Source: Torpedo marmorata (Eukaryota). Taken from it: a stretch of 64,000 nucleotides of DNA. The stretch's first letter is position 1. Each line of letters opens with the position of its first letter. Below the pieces are notes generated by a model. The model was not told the origin of the DNA. It saw nothing but the letters and a program-made list of their open reading frames with translations, and searched no databases. Of the stretch, positions 13,801 to 26,399 are shown one piece after another. Made by a program: the position numbers and the translations under genes. The stretch is from positions 38,626,001 through 38,690,000 of the forward strand of contig OZ360232.1 in NCBI GenBank assembly GCA_977017645.1. Reading direction: 5' to 3'.

Positions 13801-15074
13801 AAATTTAAAATTTTTAATTTAAATTAAAAAAAAATAATTTTAAAAATATATTTAAATTCCGTCTACGGTGGCATATCCTAATGTGTAGCCCAGATCATAG
13901 AAAGCGTATCATTGCCTTTGGCGATGGGGCAATATTATAGAAGATATCAGGAATTGAAGTTGAAAGTAAAGATCAATATATTTAAGAGCATTACTTCTGC
14001 AAAAAAAAAAATGTTTCTCCGTTTTCAAGGCTCCGAAGCAGCATAATGACTGAGGGACGATAATCTAACTAAATGTGTAACTGTTGACCAGAGTTTCAAA
14101 TGCTAGGATGATAGTGTTGAATTAATGAAGAAAACCATGCATCATTGGAAGTTATTTGAACTGGCTTGACAAATTATCGAGATGCATAAGTAGGAGTGCT
14201 GATCTGAATTCAGTGCAGAAAGTAGAGCGGTTGAAAATAAGGTAGTGTTGATACAAAGGTGATCGAGTGCGTTGGGCATACGGTTTATTGTGACTATTAG
14301 AGTTAACGACGTTCCTCTATTTCTCTTTAACCCTGGGTGTCAAAGTTAACAATCCGAGTGTTATCACTCCAGTAAAAACCAATCCTGTTTATAATATAAT
14401 GTATAGAGATGAAAGGTTCTGTACATCGAATTGTTATGGTGTCGACAGACTGCCAAAATGAAGGCTGACGTTTCGCTAATGACTTTTCAATAATAGTATA
14501 TTGCTTGGAATTAGCAATAGGTCAAAACGGAAAGCAACAAGGACTAATTTAATGTTTTTTTCTTATGAGCAGTCAAGCTGAACTAACATAATCTGTGCAT
14601 TTCTGGGACCTCCGACATCTATAAACCTCAGCTGCATTGGTGCACCTATTGAAGAGTTGACTAATTCTGTTTAAATTTATACAAACCATTCCCAGACACA
14701 GAAAAGGACTCTGATACTTAGAGCCCAAAGAGTATTCGGTCCTTGACCCCAAATGTTAAAAACAAGCTGAATCGAATGCAGGGAAGCATTGCTTCCTTCC
14801 AAATATTGTTGGAATTGCTCGTTTCTACTGAGATCATAGATGATTATAGACATTTAAAGGGAGTTCAATCTGTTTCTCGAACAACGTCATTAAAAGTTTA
14901 TTGAATTAGCTTACTTACCTGCATTTAGAATTTATAATGCTCACGAACATGCATTTCTGAACAGAGAAGTGTTTTCTGAATAAAGAATGTTGCAGCAGAT
15001 TGTTAAACCTTTGCAGAGAAAGGAAGATGTCCAAAATACTCAAGGAAAAAATAAAGTTTGTACCATATTTTGAT

Positions 15075-15205
15075 TGTGCAACAATAAATGTAAGCAATGT
15101 CGCTTTAACGGGACATTCCAGCTTTAAGATGTGAGCATTGTTCTGATTGGTTGATTATGGCCCACCAATCAGCACCTGTTATGTGACTGGAGATCCTGAC
15201 TGCCC
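15075..15205 (+). promoter_or_regulatory. V3 promoter module
   Basis: TGTGCAACAATAAAT (15075), GCTTTAAG (15121), ATTGG (15146), CCAATCAG (15165), TGGAGATCCTGACTGCCC (15188). Confidence 0.8.
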
Positions 15206-15479
15206 TTTCCATTCCACCATTACATAAGAACACGAAACAATGTGGATTGGATAGCGAGCTTTGTTGGGTTGCAGCCGTTTTTTTGTGTCCATCTATTCTG
15301 GATTTTACTGAGGAACTGAGAGTCCGATCAAACAATCGCGACAATTTATTGAAAGGAAAAATATTCTTGCGCAGTGAAGCCTTTGTTGTGAAGGTATACC
15401 TCTTTTATTTTTTAAATCACAGGAATAAACTGAGAGTCACGGTATCGCACAGAAGCCATTGGAATGTTTAACACCGGCG

Positions 15480-17933
15480 ATGAGATGTTATAATATAGTT
15501 TGTTTCTTAAAATGGGGACTGCTGTATTACAGTTTTATCGTCTGGGAGCGAGTTTTAGCGGAGATTCATTATTCGATTCCTGAAGAATTGCAACGAGGCG
15601 ATTTTATTGGGAATATTGCAGACGATTTAGGTTTAGATGTTAAACAGCTCGCGGCTCGGAATTTTCGTCTTGTATCGGGTCAAAGAAAGCAGTATTTGGA
15701 AGTAAATCTAAACAATGGAGTTTTGTTTGTAAAGGAGAAAATTGACAGGGAGGAATTGTGTGGTGCAAGCCTGACTTGCGTTCTCTCTTTGGAGGCTGTG
15801 CTTGAAAGTCCTCTTAATCTGTACCAAATCGAAGTGGATATTCTGGATATCAACGACAACTCTCCCAGTTTCCCAAAAAGACAGGTCCGCCTGAAAATCT
15901 CCGAGTTTACTGCGCCAGGAGCGCGCTTCCCCCTGGAGAGCGCTCATGATCCGGATATTGGAACCAACTCCGTTCGAACCTATGAGCTGGTGACAAATGA
16001 GTTCTTCACATTAAATGTTGAAGATGGAATTGCAGATTGGAAGCTGCCAATTCTCGTATTGGAACAGCCCTTGGACAGGGAAAAGCATTCGACTCACAGG
16101 CTCCTGCTCCAAGCCAAAGATGGCGGGGACCCGGAAAGATCAGGCACCGCCCAAATTAACGTCGTGGTGGAGGATGCCAACGACAATGCGCCGGTATTCT
16201 CTCGGTCGGTTTACACGATCAGTCTATTAGAAAATGCGACCAAAGGGGCTTTGGTACTGCAGATTAATGCCACCGATTTGGATGACGGCGCCAATGGAGA
16301 GATTACGTACTCCTTCGGCAGCCGTACCTCTGCCAGAGTCCGAGAGATTTTTGGTATGGATCCTCAAACTGGTGAAATAAAACTGAGCGCGAATTTAGAT
16401 TATGAAGAAAATAGTGCGTTTGATATTATGGTACAAGCAATGGACAAGGGCTCCAACGCCATCCCAGTATACAGTCGCATTTTATTGACTATTTTAGATG
16501 TAAATGATAACGCGCCTGAAATAACTCTAACATCTTTATCAAGCCCAGTTCCAGAGGATTCTCTGCCTGGAACTGTGGTGGCTCTGGTCAGTGTTTCTGA
16601 TAGAGACTCTGGCAACAATGGACAATTTCAATGCCACATAGAAAATAAAGTGCCTTTCACGCTGGATTCGTCGTCCAAGAATCACCTGAGATTGCTCACC
16701 CACGATGCCCTGGACCGAGAATTCGTCTCCATGCACAACGTAACTATCATCTGCAGGGATGAAGGAACTCCGGCTCTCAGCACGATCAGAACGATCCCGA
16801 TTGAGATTTCGGACCGAAACGATAACTCGCCACAATTTTCGCAACCTTTGTTCACGGTGCATGTGATGGAGAACAATCATATTGGTGCCTTGATATCCTC
16901 AGTGACAGCATTTGATCCAGACGTGGGTGAAAATGCTCGGCTATCGTACGATATTCTGCAGAATTGGGTGCAGGGTCAGTCAGTAAACAATTACGTCTAT
17001 ATTAATTCAGAGACTGGCAATATATATTCCTATAAAACATTTGATTATGAGCAGTTAAAATCCTTTCAGATCCAAGTTGAAGCGCGTGACCATGGAGTCC
17101 CATCGCTTTCCAGCAATGTTTCCGTAGACGTTATCATTCTTGACCAGAATGATAACGCTCCAGTGATCGTTCATCCATTAATCGAGTACGGGTCAACTAC
17201 CAAAGAGGTTGTATCCCGATCGGCGGAAGCAGGCTATCCAGTAACAAAAGTTACAGCAACGGATGCCGATTCGGGACAAAATGCTCGCTTATGCTATCGT
17301 ATCCTCCATGCCACTGACTCGGGACTTTTTACTATTTCTGAGGACACGGGGGAAATATGGACAACTCGTGCTGTTAGCAATACCGACGCAACAAAGCAAA
17401 AATTGGTTATCCGAGTGAATGACAATGGGACACCAGCACTTTCTGCTTCGATTACTATAATCTTGTCATTAGTAGACGGTGAAGAAGCGTTATTGTCTGA
17501 CAGAAGCAGTTTGCTGCAAAGGTCCAATGTTGCTTCTGTTACCAGCCTTTACTTAGTCGTTTCATTAGGAATGCTATCGTTCATTTTTCTGGTGATTTTG
17601 ATTATTCTAGCTGTTAAAGTTCACAAAAGCAGAAATGTGTTCGAGGACCACAGCTGCGTCCTGGGCGCTTGTTTTGCCTTCGGTCCACGACAATCGCTGA
17701 ATGGAGTTCAGAAAGCCAGCCGCAATCTTCACATTGCTCCCAACTACGTTGAAGTATTTGGTGGTGATCCGCTTTCACAGAGTTACCGCTACGAAACCTG
17801 TTCCATGGCACGTTCAGCAAAGGGAGACTTGGTGTTCCCCAACACCTGCGGTTCCTGGAAGGGGACCAATGAAGTTATTGCACAGAGAGGAGCTGTATTA
17901 TTCAAAACTTGTGAGAATTCTGTTCTTTCTGAG
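15480..17933 (+). CDS. Pcdh: Clustered protocadherin variable exon V3
   Basis: ORF 15459-17972, first in-frame ATG 15480; full EC1-6/TM architecture; phase-0 donor GAG|GTGAGA at 17934. Confidence 0.95.
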
Positions 17934-18649
17934 GTGAGAATCCTACTTGGTCGAAAGGTCGGTGTTAACTAAACATCTGGATATCGATTGACATCGGGAT
18001 ATAAGATTTGGCTTCACGTGTTGTGCAATTCGACGGATGTTTGGCCAGATCAGAAGTGCCGTGTTCAATATGTTTACCTAATGTTACCATTAAATACTTG
18101 CTATTGACGCCATTTTTACTGTGCAATAGTAACACATGAAGTGGATCATGCAGTTGTTTCAGGGGATGTGCAAAGCTTGTTAGAGCCGAAGAAGTAATCA
18201 CTGAATTGAATTTTATAATCGTGGATTGATATAAAATGTCAGACACTGAAGGAAGCCCTTCAGTCCATCGTTCTGTACCGGTTAAAAAAGACCTATCCAT
18301 CCCATTGCAGCCTTCCAGCAGTTAATCCATTACCTTGCAGATTTTGCTCTTCTGTCACATTTTAAATATATTGGGGCTTTCGGTCTTTAACAGTTTTTCA
18401 GACAAGGAGTTTATGACCCTTATCAAGCCCTTTGTGAAATCCCTCATAACTCCTCCAATCCTTTCAATTTATTTCTCCTGGTTTTATGATCCCCTCATCC
18501 AAATGGTCCTCTCTATTTTCTCTGCCTCATATGATTGAATATGCCTCAATTAAATCTCCCATTAACCCCACATGTCTAATTGCCCTCATAGCTAAATCTT
18601 TTGAGCTCCTAAATCGAAATTGGCAGCCAATATGTGTAATGTGATGTGT

Positions 18650-20990
18650 GATGTGTAATGCACCTGAGGTGATTAGGGAATTAAAGGTAATGGAACCCTT
18701 AGGAAGTAGTGATCATAATATGATTGAGTTCAGTTTCAAATTTGAAAAGGAAAAGCTTATATCAGGTGTGTCAATATTTCAGTGGAACAAAGGAAATTAC
18801 AGTGGTATGAGAGAGGAAATGGCCCAAGTTGACTGGAAAAGTAAGCTAGATGGAGGGACGCAGAGCAGAATTGGATGATATTTCTACAAGAAATAAGTAA
18901 AGTGCAGGATAGATATATTCCAAGAAAAAAGAAAATTATGAATGGAAAAATGGCACAAATGTGGCTAACAAGAGAGGTTAAGGCAAACATAAAAGCAAAA
19001 GGGAGGGCATAAAAGAATGCAAAAATTAGTGGAAACACAGACGTCTGGGAAACCTTTAAAAACTTACAGAAAGAGACAAAGAAAGTCATTAGGAAAGAAA
19101 AGATGAATTATGAAAGGAAATTGGCAAATAACATACAAAAGGATACTAAGTTTTTTTTAAAATATATAAAGAGTAAAAGAGAGACACGGGTAGATATAGG
19201 ACCGATGGAAAATGATGCTGGAGGAATTATAATGGGTAACAAAGAGACGGCAGAGGAACTAAATGAGTATTTTGCGTCAATCTTCACTGAGGAATTCAAT
19301 AGCAATATACCTGATAGTCAGAGGTCTCAGGGAATAGAATTAAGTACAGTCAGGATTACTAGAGAGATAGTGCTTAGTAAGCTGAATGGACTAAAGATAG
19401 ATAAGTCTCCCGGACAGGATGAGGTGCACCCATGGGTTCTGAAGGAGGTGGCTTCGGAGATTGTAGAGGCATTGGAAATGATTTCCCAGAAATCAATAGA
19501 TTCTGGCATGGTTCCGGAGGATTGGAAGGTCGCAAATGTAGTTCTGCTGTTTAAGAACGGAGTGAGGCATAACAAAGGAAATTATAGGCCTATTAGTCTG
19601 ACGCCGGTAGTTGGAAAGTTATTTGAGTCGATCAACAAGGACGAGGTTCTGAAATACCTCGGGGTGCATGACATGTTAGGTCCAAGCCAGCATGGTTTCA
19701 TGAAAGGAAGATCCTGCCTGACCAACCTATTGGAATCTTTTGAGGTCATCTCAAGTAGGATGGACAAGGGAGAGGCTGTGGATGTTGTGTATTTGGATTT
19801 TGAAAAGGCCTTTGATAAGGTGCCGCATAAGAGGCTGCTTAATAGGATGAGAGCCCATGGAATTACAGGAAAAATATTACATTGGGAGGAGCATTTGCTG
19901 ATAGGCAGGAAGCAAAGGGTGGGAATAAAAGGATCCTGTTCTGGTTGGTTGCCGGTTACGAGTGTTGTTCCGCAAGGGTCGGTGTTGGGGCTGCTTCTTT
20001 TTACAATGTATATTGATGATTTAGATTATGGCTTGAATGGGTTTGTGGCTAAGTTTGCAGATGACACTAAGATAGGTGGTGGTGTAAGAAGTGTTGAAGA
20101 AACCGAAAGGTTGCAGAGGGACTTGGACAGTTTAGGAGAGTGGGCAAAGGAATGGCAGATTAGATACAATGTTGAGAAATGTACGGTTGTACATTTTGGA
20201 AGAGGAAATAAACAGGCAGATTATTATTTGCATGGGGAGAAAATTCAAAATTCGGAGGTGCAAAGGGACTTGGCGGTCCTCGTGCAGGATAACCTAAAGG
20301 TTAACCACCGGGTTGGATCGGCAGTAAAGAAAGCGAATGCTATGTTGGCATTCATTTCAAGAGGAATAGTGTATGAGTAAAGAGGTTTTGATGAGGCTCT
20401 ATGGGGCACTGGTGAGACCTCATTTGGAGTTCTGTGTGCAGTTCTGAGCCCCTTATCTTAGAAGGCATGTAATGATGTTGGAGAGAGTACAGAGAAGATT
20501 TACCAGGATGATTCCTGGAATGCAGGGGCGAACATATGAGGAACGTTTAGCGGCTCTTGGACTGTATTCTTTGGAGTATAGAAGAGTGAGAGGGGATCTC
20601 ATAGAAACATTTCGAATACTGAAAGGATTGGACAGAGTAGATGGAAATAAGATGTTTCCCTTGGTGGGTGAATCCAGGACAAGAGGGAACAGTCTTAGAA
20701 TTAGAAGGTACCCATTTAAAACAGAGATGAGGAGAAATTTCTTTAGCCAGAGGGTCATGGATTTGTGGAATTCGTTGCCACATACAGCTGTGGAGGCCCG
20801 ATCATTGGGGGATTTTAAGGAGGAGATTGATAGATATCTAGTTAGTCAGAGTATCAAGGGATATGGGGAAAAGGCCGGAATTTGGAATTAGATGTGAGAA
20901 CAGTTTAGCTCAGGGTGGAGTTGCGGAGAAGACTCGATGGGCCGAATGGCCTACTTCTGTTCCTTTATCTTGCGATCTTGTGATATTGTG
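18650..20990 (+). mobile_element. 5'-truncated CR1 LINE (end of APE domain + RT, disrupted)
   Basis: ORFs 18648-18878 (GSSDH), 19103-20380 (NYRPISLT, QHGF, VPQGSVLG, FADD) and 20472-20891; 3' tail of (gatcttgt)-like repeats. Confidence 0.92.
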
Positions 20991-21130
20991 AATATGTTTC
21001 TAGCAAATGATCTCATCCCATAAATATTTTAAGGCAGATAATGGAGGGGTAAGAAGTTTGCCAGGACGTCGAACCCAACTCTTTTGCTCTCCAAAATAAT
21101 GAAATGGAACCTTGTTTCCCAATGGAGACT

Positions 21131-21603
21131 AGAAACATAGAACATTACAGCACAGAAAACAGGCCCCTCGGCCCTTCTAGTCTGTGCCAAACTAGTAATC
21201 TGCCTAGTCCTACTGACCTGCACCCAATCCATATCCCTCCATACCTCTCCCATCCACGTACCTGTCCAAATTTTTTCAAATGTTAAAATTGAGCCCGCAT
21301 TCATCACTTCAGCTGGCAGCTCGTTCCATACTCCCACTACTCTCTGTATTAAGAAGTTCCCCCTAACCTTTCCCCTTTCCCCTTTTACCCTTAACCCATG
21401 TATCTCAACTAACCTCAGCGGAAAAAAACCTAGTTGCATTTAATCTGTCTATACTCATAATGTTGTATACCTCTATCAAATCTCCCCTCATTCTTCTATG
21501 CTCCAGGGAATAAAGTCCTAATCTGTTTAATCTTTCCTTGTAACTTAATTCTTGAAGTCCTGGCAACATTCTAGTAAATCTTCTTTGCACTCTTTCAATC
21601 TGG
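21131..21603 (-). mobile_element. CR1 LINE 3' fragment
   Basis: Minus ORFs contain IERVQRRFTRMLPG...LGLYSLE and VVGVWNELPAEV. Confidence 0.85.
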
Positions 21604-22163
21604 AATATGGTATCTGTGTCACTGCAGTATCTCAGATCTTCAGTAGAACATACCAAGAAAAAATATGCACAGCTGTTTGTGGGGAAAATGACAATTTATT
21701 ATTTTGTTATTATTCTTGTATATTCTCTGTTATTACATTTATAAACACACCCCATCGACACCAGTCCTGGAAGATTGCAGTGGGGAACTCTATCGCCATT
21801 ACAAAAAATTGTTTCATCTTGATGGGCTTTGTATTGAAATTTGTTCTCTCCCCCCCTCCCCACACCCTCTTCAGGAAGGCAATAAAATTGCCAAATCGTT
21901 TTATTCTTTTCACTTTAGATGACCGATATTCACAGTCTAGTATTGAGGCAATGTTCCAGTTATTTCAACGTGTTAAATGTTAACGATGGAAAAATAATAA
22001 GTGAGACTGTTTTCGGCTAATTGAACCAACGAAGCATTCAGTGAAGTATAACTTGTGTCAAGATTGAACAATGCATCAATTAAATGTTAAATCCACTTTA
22101 GAATTTACTATTGGTGTAACGGAATCTAAAATAATGAAAGATAATGTTGGACAGATTTTATAT

Positions 22164-22311
22164 TGTGCAACCTTAAATATACTTAATTGCGCCAAGTTTT
22201 TGGGAAATGCAGCCCAGCTTTAAGAAATGCTTAGTGCAGTGATTGGTTGAAGTTAAGTCAGCCGTTTTCACCAATCAGAAGCTGTTATGTGACTGGAGAT
22301 CCTTACTGCCC
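22164..22311 (+). promoter_or_regulatory. V4 promoter module
   Basis: TGTGCAACCTTAAAT (22164), GCTTTAAG (22217), ATTGG (22242), CCAATCAGAAGC (22271), TGGAGATCCTTACTGCCC (22294). Confidence 0.8.
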
Positions 22312-22573
22312 TACCCTCCCCTTCCGCCATTGTATTGATACCGTGTAACATGGAGAGAGCGGCTTGCCCTTGCAATCGGTTCTTTACATTCATTTATTGG
22401 CGAAATTCGAAGAAATCAGAAGGTTTGTCAGAAATCGTTACGCAGGATTTTTAAACAGTACGTTTGTTTTTTTCTGCTATTAGTCAAAATGGAATTAGAT
22501 TTTACTCGTCTGAGCGGGAATTATTGAACGACGCCGCGGTGTTCTCAATCATTTGAAATGCTTTGTGCTGGAA

Positions 22574-25018
22574 ATGGAATTTTATAAATTTTATTGGCTA
22601 TTGAAATGGCAACTTTTATACTGTATTATCCCCTACTGGCAAATAATTTCTGGACAGATACGTTATTCGATTCCTGAAGAATTGAACGTCGGTGCTTTTA
22701 TTGGGAACATCGCAGAGGACCTGAAGTTGGATGTAAAAGAACTCTCAGCTCGCGGCTTTCAAATTGTGCCGGGACCGAGTAAGCGGTATATAGACGTAAA
22801 TGTAAACAACGGGGTTTTGTTCGTGAGGGAAAAAATGGATAGAGAACAGTTGTGTGGACCGAACCTCGCTTGCACGTTGTCTTTGGAAGCAGTGATTGAA
22901 AACCCTCTTAATGTGTACCATTTTCAAGTGGACATTTTGGATGTGAATGATAATGCCCCGAGTTTTCCAGAGAGAGAATTCAGTTTGGAAATATCAGAGG
23001 TGGCTTCTCCTGGAACGAGCTTCGCTCTGGAGTGCGCACACGACCCTGACGTTGGAACCAACTCAGTGCAAAACTACCAACTAGCAGACAACCTCTATTT
23101 CTCCCTTGATGTTGAGACCCGGGGTGGCGACGAAAAGTTGCCAGTTTTAGTCCTGGAAAGACCGCTGGACAGAGAAAAGGAAAATACTCACAGGCTGGTT
23201 TTGTTTGCCAAGGACGGAGGGGTTCCTGAAAGATCAGGTACTGCTGAAATAGTAATCGGTATAGAGGATGCCAATGACAATGCGCCTGTTTTCCCCCAGC
23301 CGGTGTACAGGGTGAGTTTGCGGGAGAATGCGCCGAAAGGAACATTAGTGATCAAACTGGATGCCTCCGATTTGGATGCTGGTCTCAACGGGCAGATTGT
23401 GTATTCCTTCAGTAGTCATACTTCGAATAGAGTTCGAGAACTGTTCGGGCTAGATTCAAATAGTGGCGAAATCAGAATTAAGAACCGTTTGGATTACGAG
23501 GAAAACGATGTTTTTGAGATTAACGTTCAAGCAAAAGATAAGGGTCCTAACGCAACCCCCGTATACTGTCGCGTGCGGGTTAACATTGTTGATGTGAATG
23601 ACAACGCTCCTGTAGTAACACTGACATCTTTATTCAGTCCTGTCAGTGAAGATTCCCTTCCCGGCACCGTGGTGGCTCTGATTAGTTCAACAGACAAGGA
23701 TTCGGCTGAGAACGGGCGCGTGGATTGTGAACTCCAAAACGACCTCCCCTTTAAACTAGAATCATCTTTAAATAACTATTACAGACTGGTTACCCGGGAG
23801 GTACTGGACCGTGAACATGCATCAGCCTACAACGTAACTGTGGTGTGCAGCGATGCGGGGATCCTTCCACTGGTATCCAACAAAACAATCCTGGTGGAGG
23901 TCTCGGATATAAACGATCACCCACCTCATTTTACACAGTCTGTATATACGGCTTACGTGATGGAGAATAACGCCATTGGTGCGTCCATATTCTCTGTGAC
24001 TGCTTCAGATCGAGATTTACATAGAAACGCCCAACTGTCCTACGTTATTTTGGATACTCAGATTCAGGGGATGTCAGTGTCCACGTACGTCTCAATAAAC
24101 CCGCACAGTGGTGTCATATTTTCGCAGAGAAGTTTCGATTACGAGCATCTCAAAAACTTTGAGGTCCAAGTTCAGGCACGAGACTCTGGATCCCCGCCAC
24201 TTTCCGGCAATGCTTCAGTGAATGTGGTCATCTTGGATCAGAATGACAATGCGCCGGTGATCGTGCACCCATTACCTGAATTCGGCACCACTGCTTTGGA
24301 GACGATATCCCGGCTGGCTGAACCAGGCTACCTGGTTGCCAAGGTTTCTGCCACAGACAGTGACACTGGCCGGAATGGTCGCCTTGCTTTCCAGATCCTC
24401 CAAGCGACTGATGTCGGCCTCTTTACCATTTCACCGGATACAGGGGAAATCTGGACAATTCGCAGTATTAGGAAGAAAGACGCCGCTAAACAAAGGTTGG
24501 TCATCTGTGTTAAAGATGACGGATCACCACCTCTTACAGCCACAGTGACAATCATCTTATCTTTAGTTGGAAATGACAGACAAATGCTCTCAGATGCGAA
24601 TGGTTCCTCTGATGACTCCGTGTTTGCTTCTGACGCCAGATTTTACCTTGTAATAATTCTAGGGCTAACATCATCCGTGTTCCTAATCATTTTGATTATG
24701 CTGGCCGTTAAGGTCCATAGAACTTCTTCTCTTGGCGCATGTGGCTGCTTAACAGCAAGGCCCTCACTCCGTGGATTGCACAGAGGCAATAGGAGCCTTC
24801 AGATACCACCAAACTATGTTGAGGTGTTTGGGGGTGACCCACTTTCTCAGAGTTTCCGCTACGATTCATGCTCAACTTCACATTCTGTAAAGAGAGATGT
24901 CAGGCTGCCCAACAGTGGATCTACACGTAAGAATTATACTCCTAGTGGCATTTTGGGAAATGGCGATACCTTACAAACTCCCAATTCTACGCAGTACAGG
25001 AACATTGTAAATAATGAG
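22574..25018 (+). CDS. Pcdh: Clustered protocadherin variable exon V4
   Basis: ORF 22553-25087, first in-frame ATG 22574; full architecture; phase-0 donor GAG|GTGAGG at 25019. Confidence 0.95.
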
Positions 25019-25359
25019 GTGAGGTTGTTATTCGATGGCGAAAAGAACACCTCATGGGTTTCAATTGGATGTACAAATGATTACTGAAAACATTTAGATC
25101 ACCTAGACCGGATTTAGGAAATAGCTAAGAATCAGTCATGTCAGTTTCCATTGTGATCTGAATTTCCATTCACTATTTCTGGACAAGTTACTCTGCTAAT
25201 CAATCATTTGTCTTTAGGTGCCTTTGTTGTTTTAACATGCCGTTAAATATACGAGTTCGAAATGCTGCGATTAAGGAGTATGGAGATTGCACCATTGATC
25301 AAAAAATTCTTGAATCATTTCGTGGTAGAAAATCACGAATAGTGGTCAAACGGCTTAAT

Positions 25360-25464
25360 CAAGTGGTTCACCCTTTTCTCCACTCACATACCACCTTAAG
25401 TAATCCCTTACTAACCACAGCGCATAGGTGGTATGTGAGTGGAAAACAAAGTTGAGAACCATTG
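25360..25464. mobile_element. hAT-type MITE, internally deleted unit
   Basis: ccactcacataccaccttaagtaatcccttactaacc...ggtggtatgtgagtggaaa...gttgagaaccattg, same family as 1646; TSD not clear. Confidence 0.75.
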
Positions 25465-25580
25465 GGTTATTCGCTGGGGTTTGTGAGATTGTTTAAATCA
25501 GCATCAATGGCATTCTTACAATCCCGAAGTCATGAGATTTGGAGTTGGATTGATATTTCTCTGGAGACTTTGATATAGTG

Positions 25581-25705
25581 CAATGGTTCTCAACCTTTTT
25601 TTTCCACTCACATATCACCTTAAGTAAGGATGCCATAGTTAGTAAGTTAGTAAGGGATTATTTAAGATGGTATGTGAGTGGAAAGAAAAAAGGTTGAGAA
25701 CACTG
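25581..25705. mobile_element. hAT-type MITE, single unit
   Basis: CAATGGTTCTCAACC...GGTTGAGAACACTG with 7/8 TSD ATATAGTG/ATATAGCG. Confidence 0.85.
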
Positions 25706-25990
25706 ATATAGCGTGTTTACTTGGTAGAAAACTCATTCGGTGGTTAAAGTTTTATATATTGGCATGAAATGAATGGGATTAAGCATTAGAATTTACCAAC
25801 ATAGATGTTCGTGGTCTGTTTTGCCAGAGACACGAGCCATGTAGGGCAAGGATTTTATGTTTCCATAATTGCATTACAAATGGTTCTGGTAATTGATTTG
25901 AATGTTGTAGCTCTTATAAAATCCACAAGAATGTAGCAGAGTAAACAAAATCTCCAAACCAATGCCGGTAATGGTGTAAGATATTTACAT

Positions 25991-26125
25991 TGTACACTAA
26001 TAAATCTGACTTTGACCTGGAGATTAACAGAGACATTCCAGCTTTAAGAAGCATTGTGCGCCATGATTGGTTGGACGCAGTTCACCAATGAGAAGCTGAA
26101 ATGTGTCTGGTGATCTTGACTGCCC
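25991..26125 (+). promoter_or_regulatory. V5 promoter module
   Basis: TGTACACTAATAAAT (25991), GCTTTAAG (26041), ATTGG (26066), CCAATGAGAAGC (26085), TGGTGATCTTGACTGCCC (26108). Confidence 0.8.
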
Positions 26126-26399
26126 CCGTCCCTTCCAGTCGCCATTACGTACGATCAGATACAGTGTAAAACTCCGCATAGCCGAGCGTAGCGATGGAAA
26201 GGGCTTTGCGATCGAAAGCATTGGATATTACAATTGAAATGAAAAGGTTCGAACAAAATCTCAATATGCTTTGAAAAATACAGGTATTTTACGCAACATT
26301 GCCTCGTTTATCTTTAAAGCTGGCATTTATAGAATCTTATTCCTGAAAATCGGTGAATGGCGTATCGCGCTGAAGTAATTGCAATGCTTTGTACAGGAG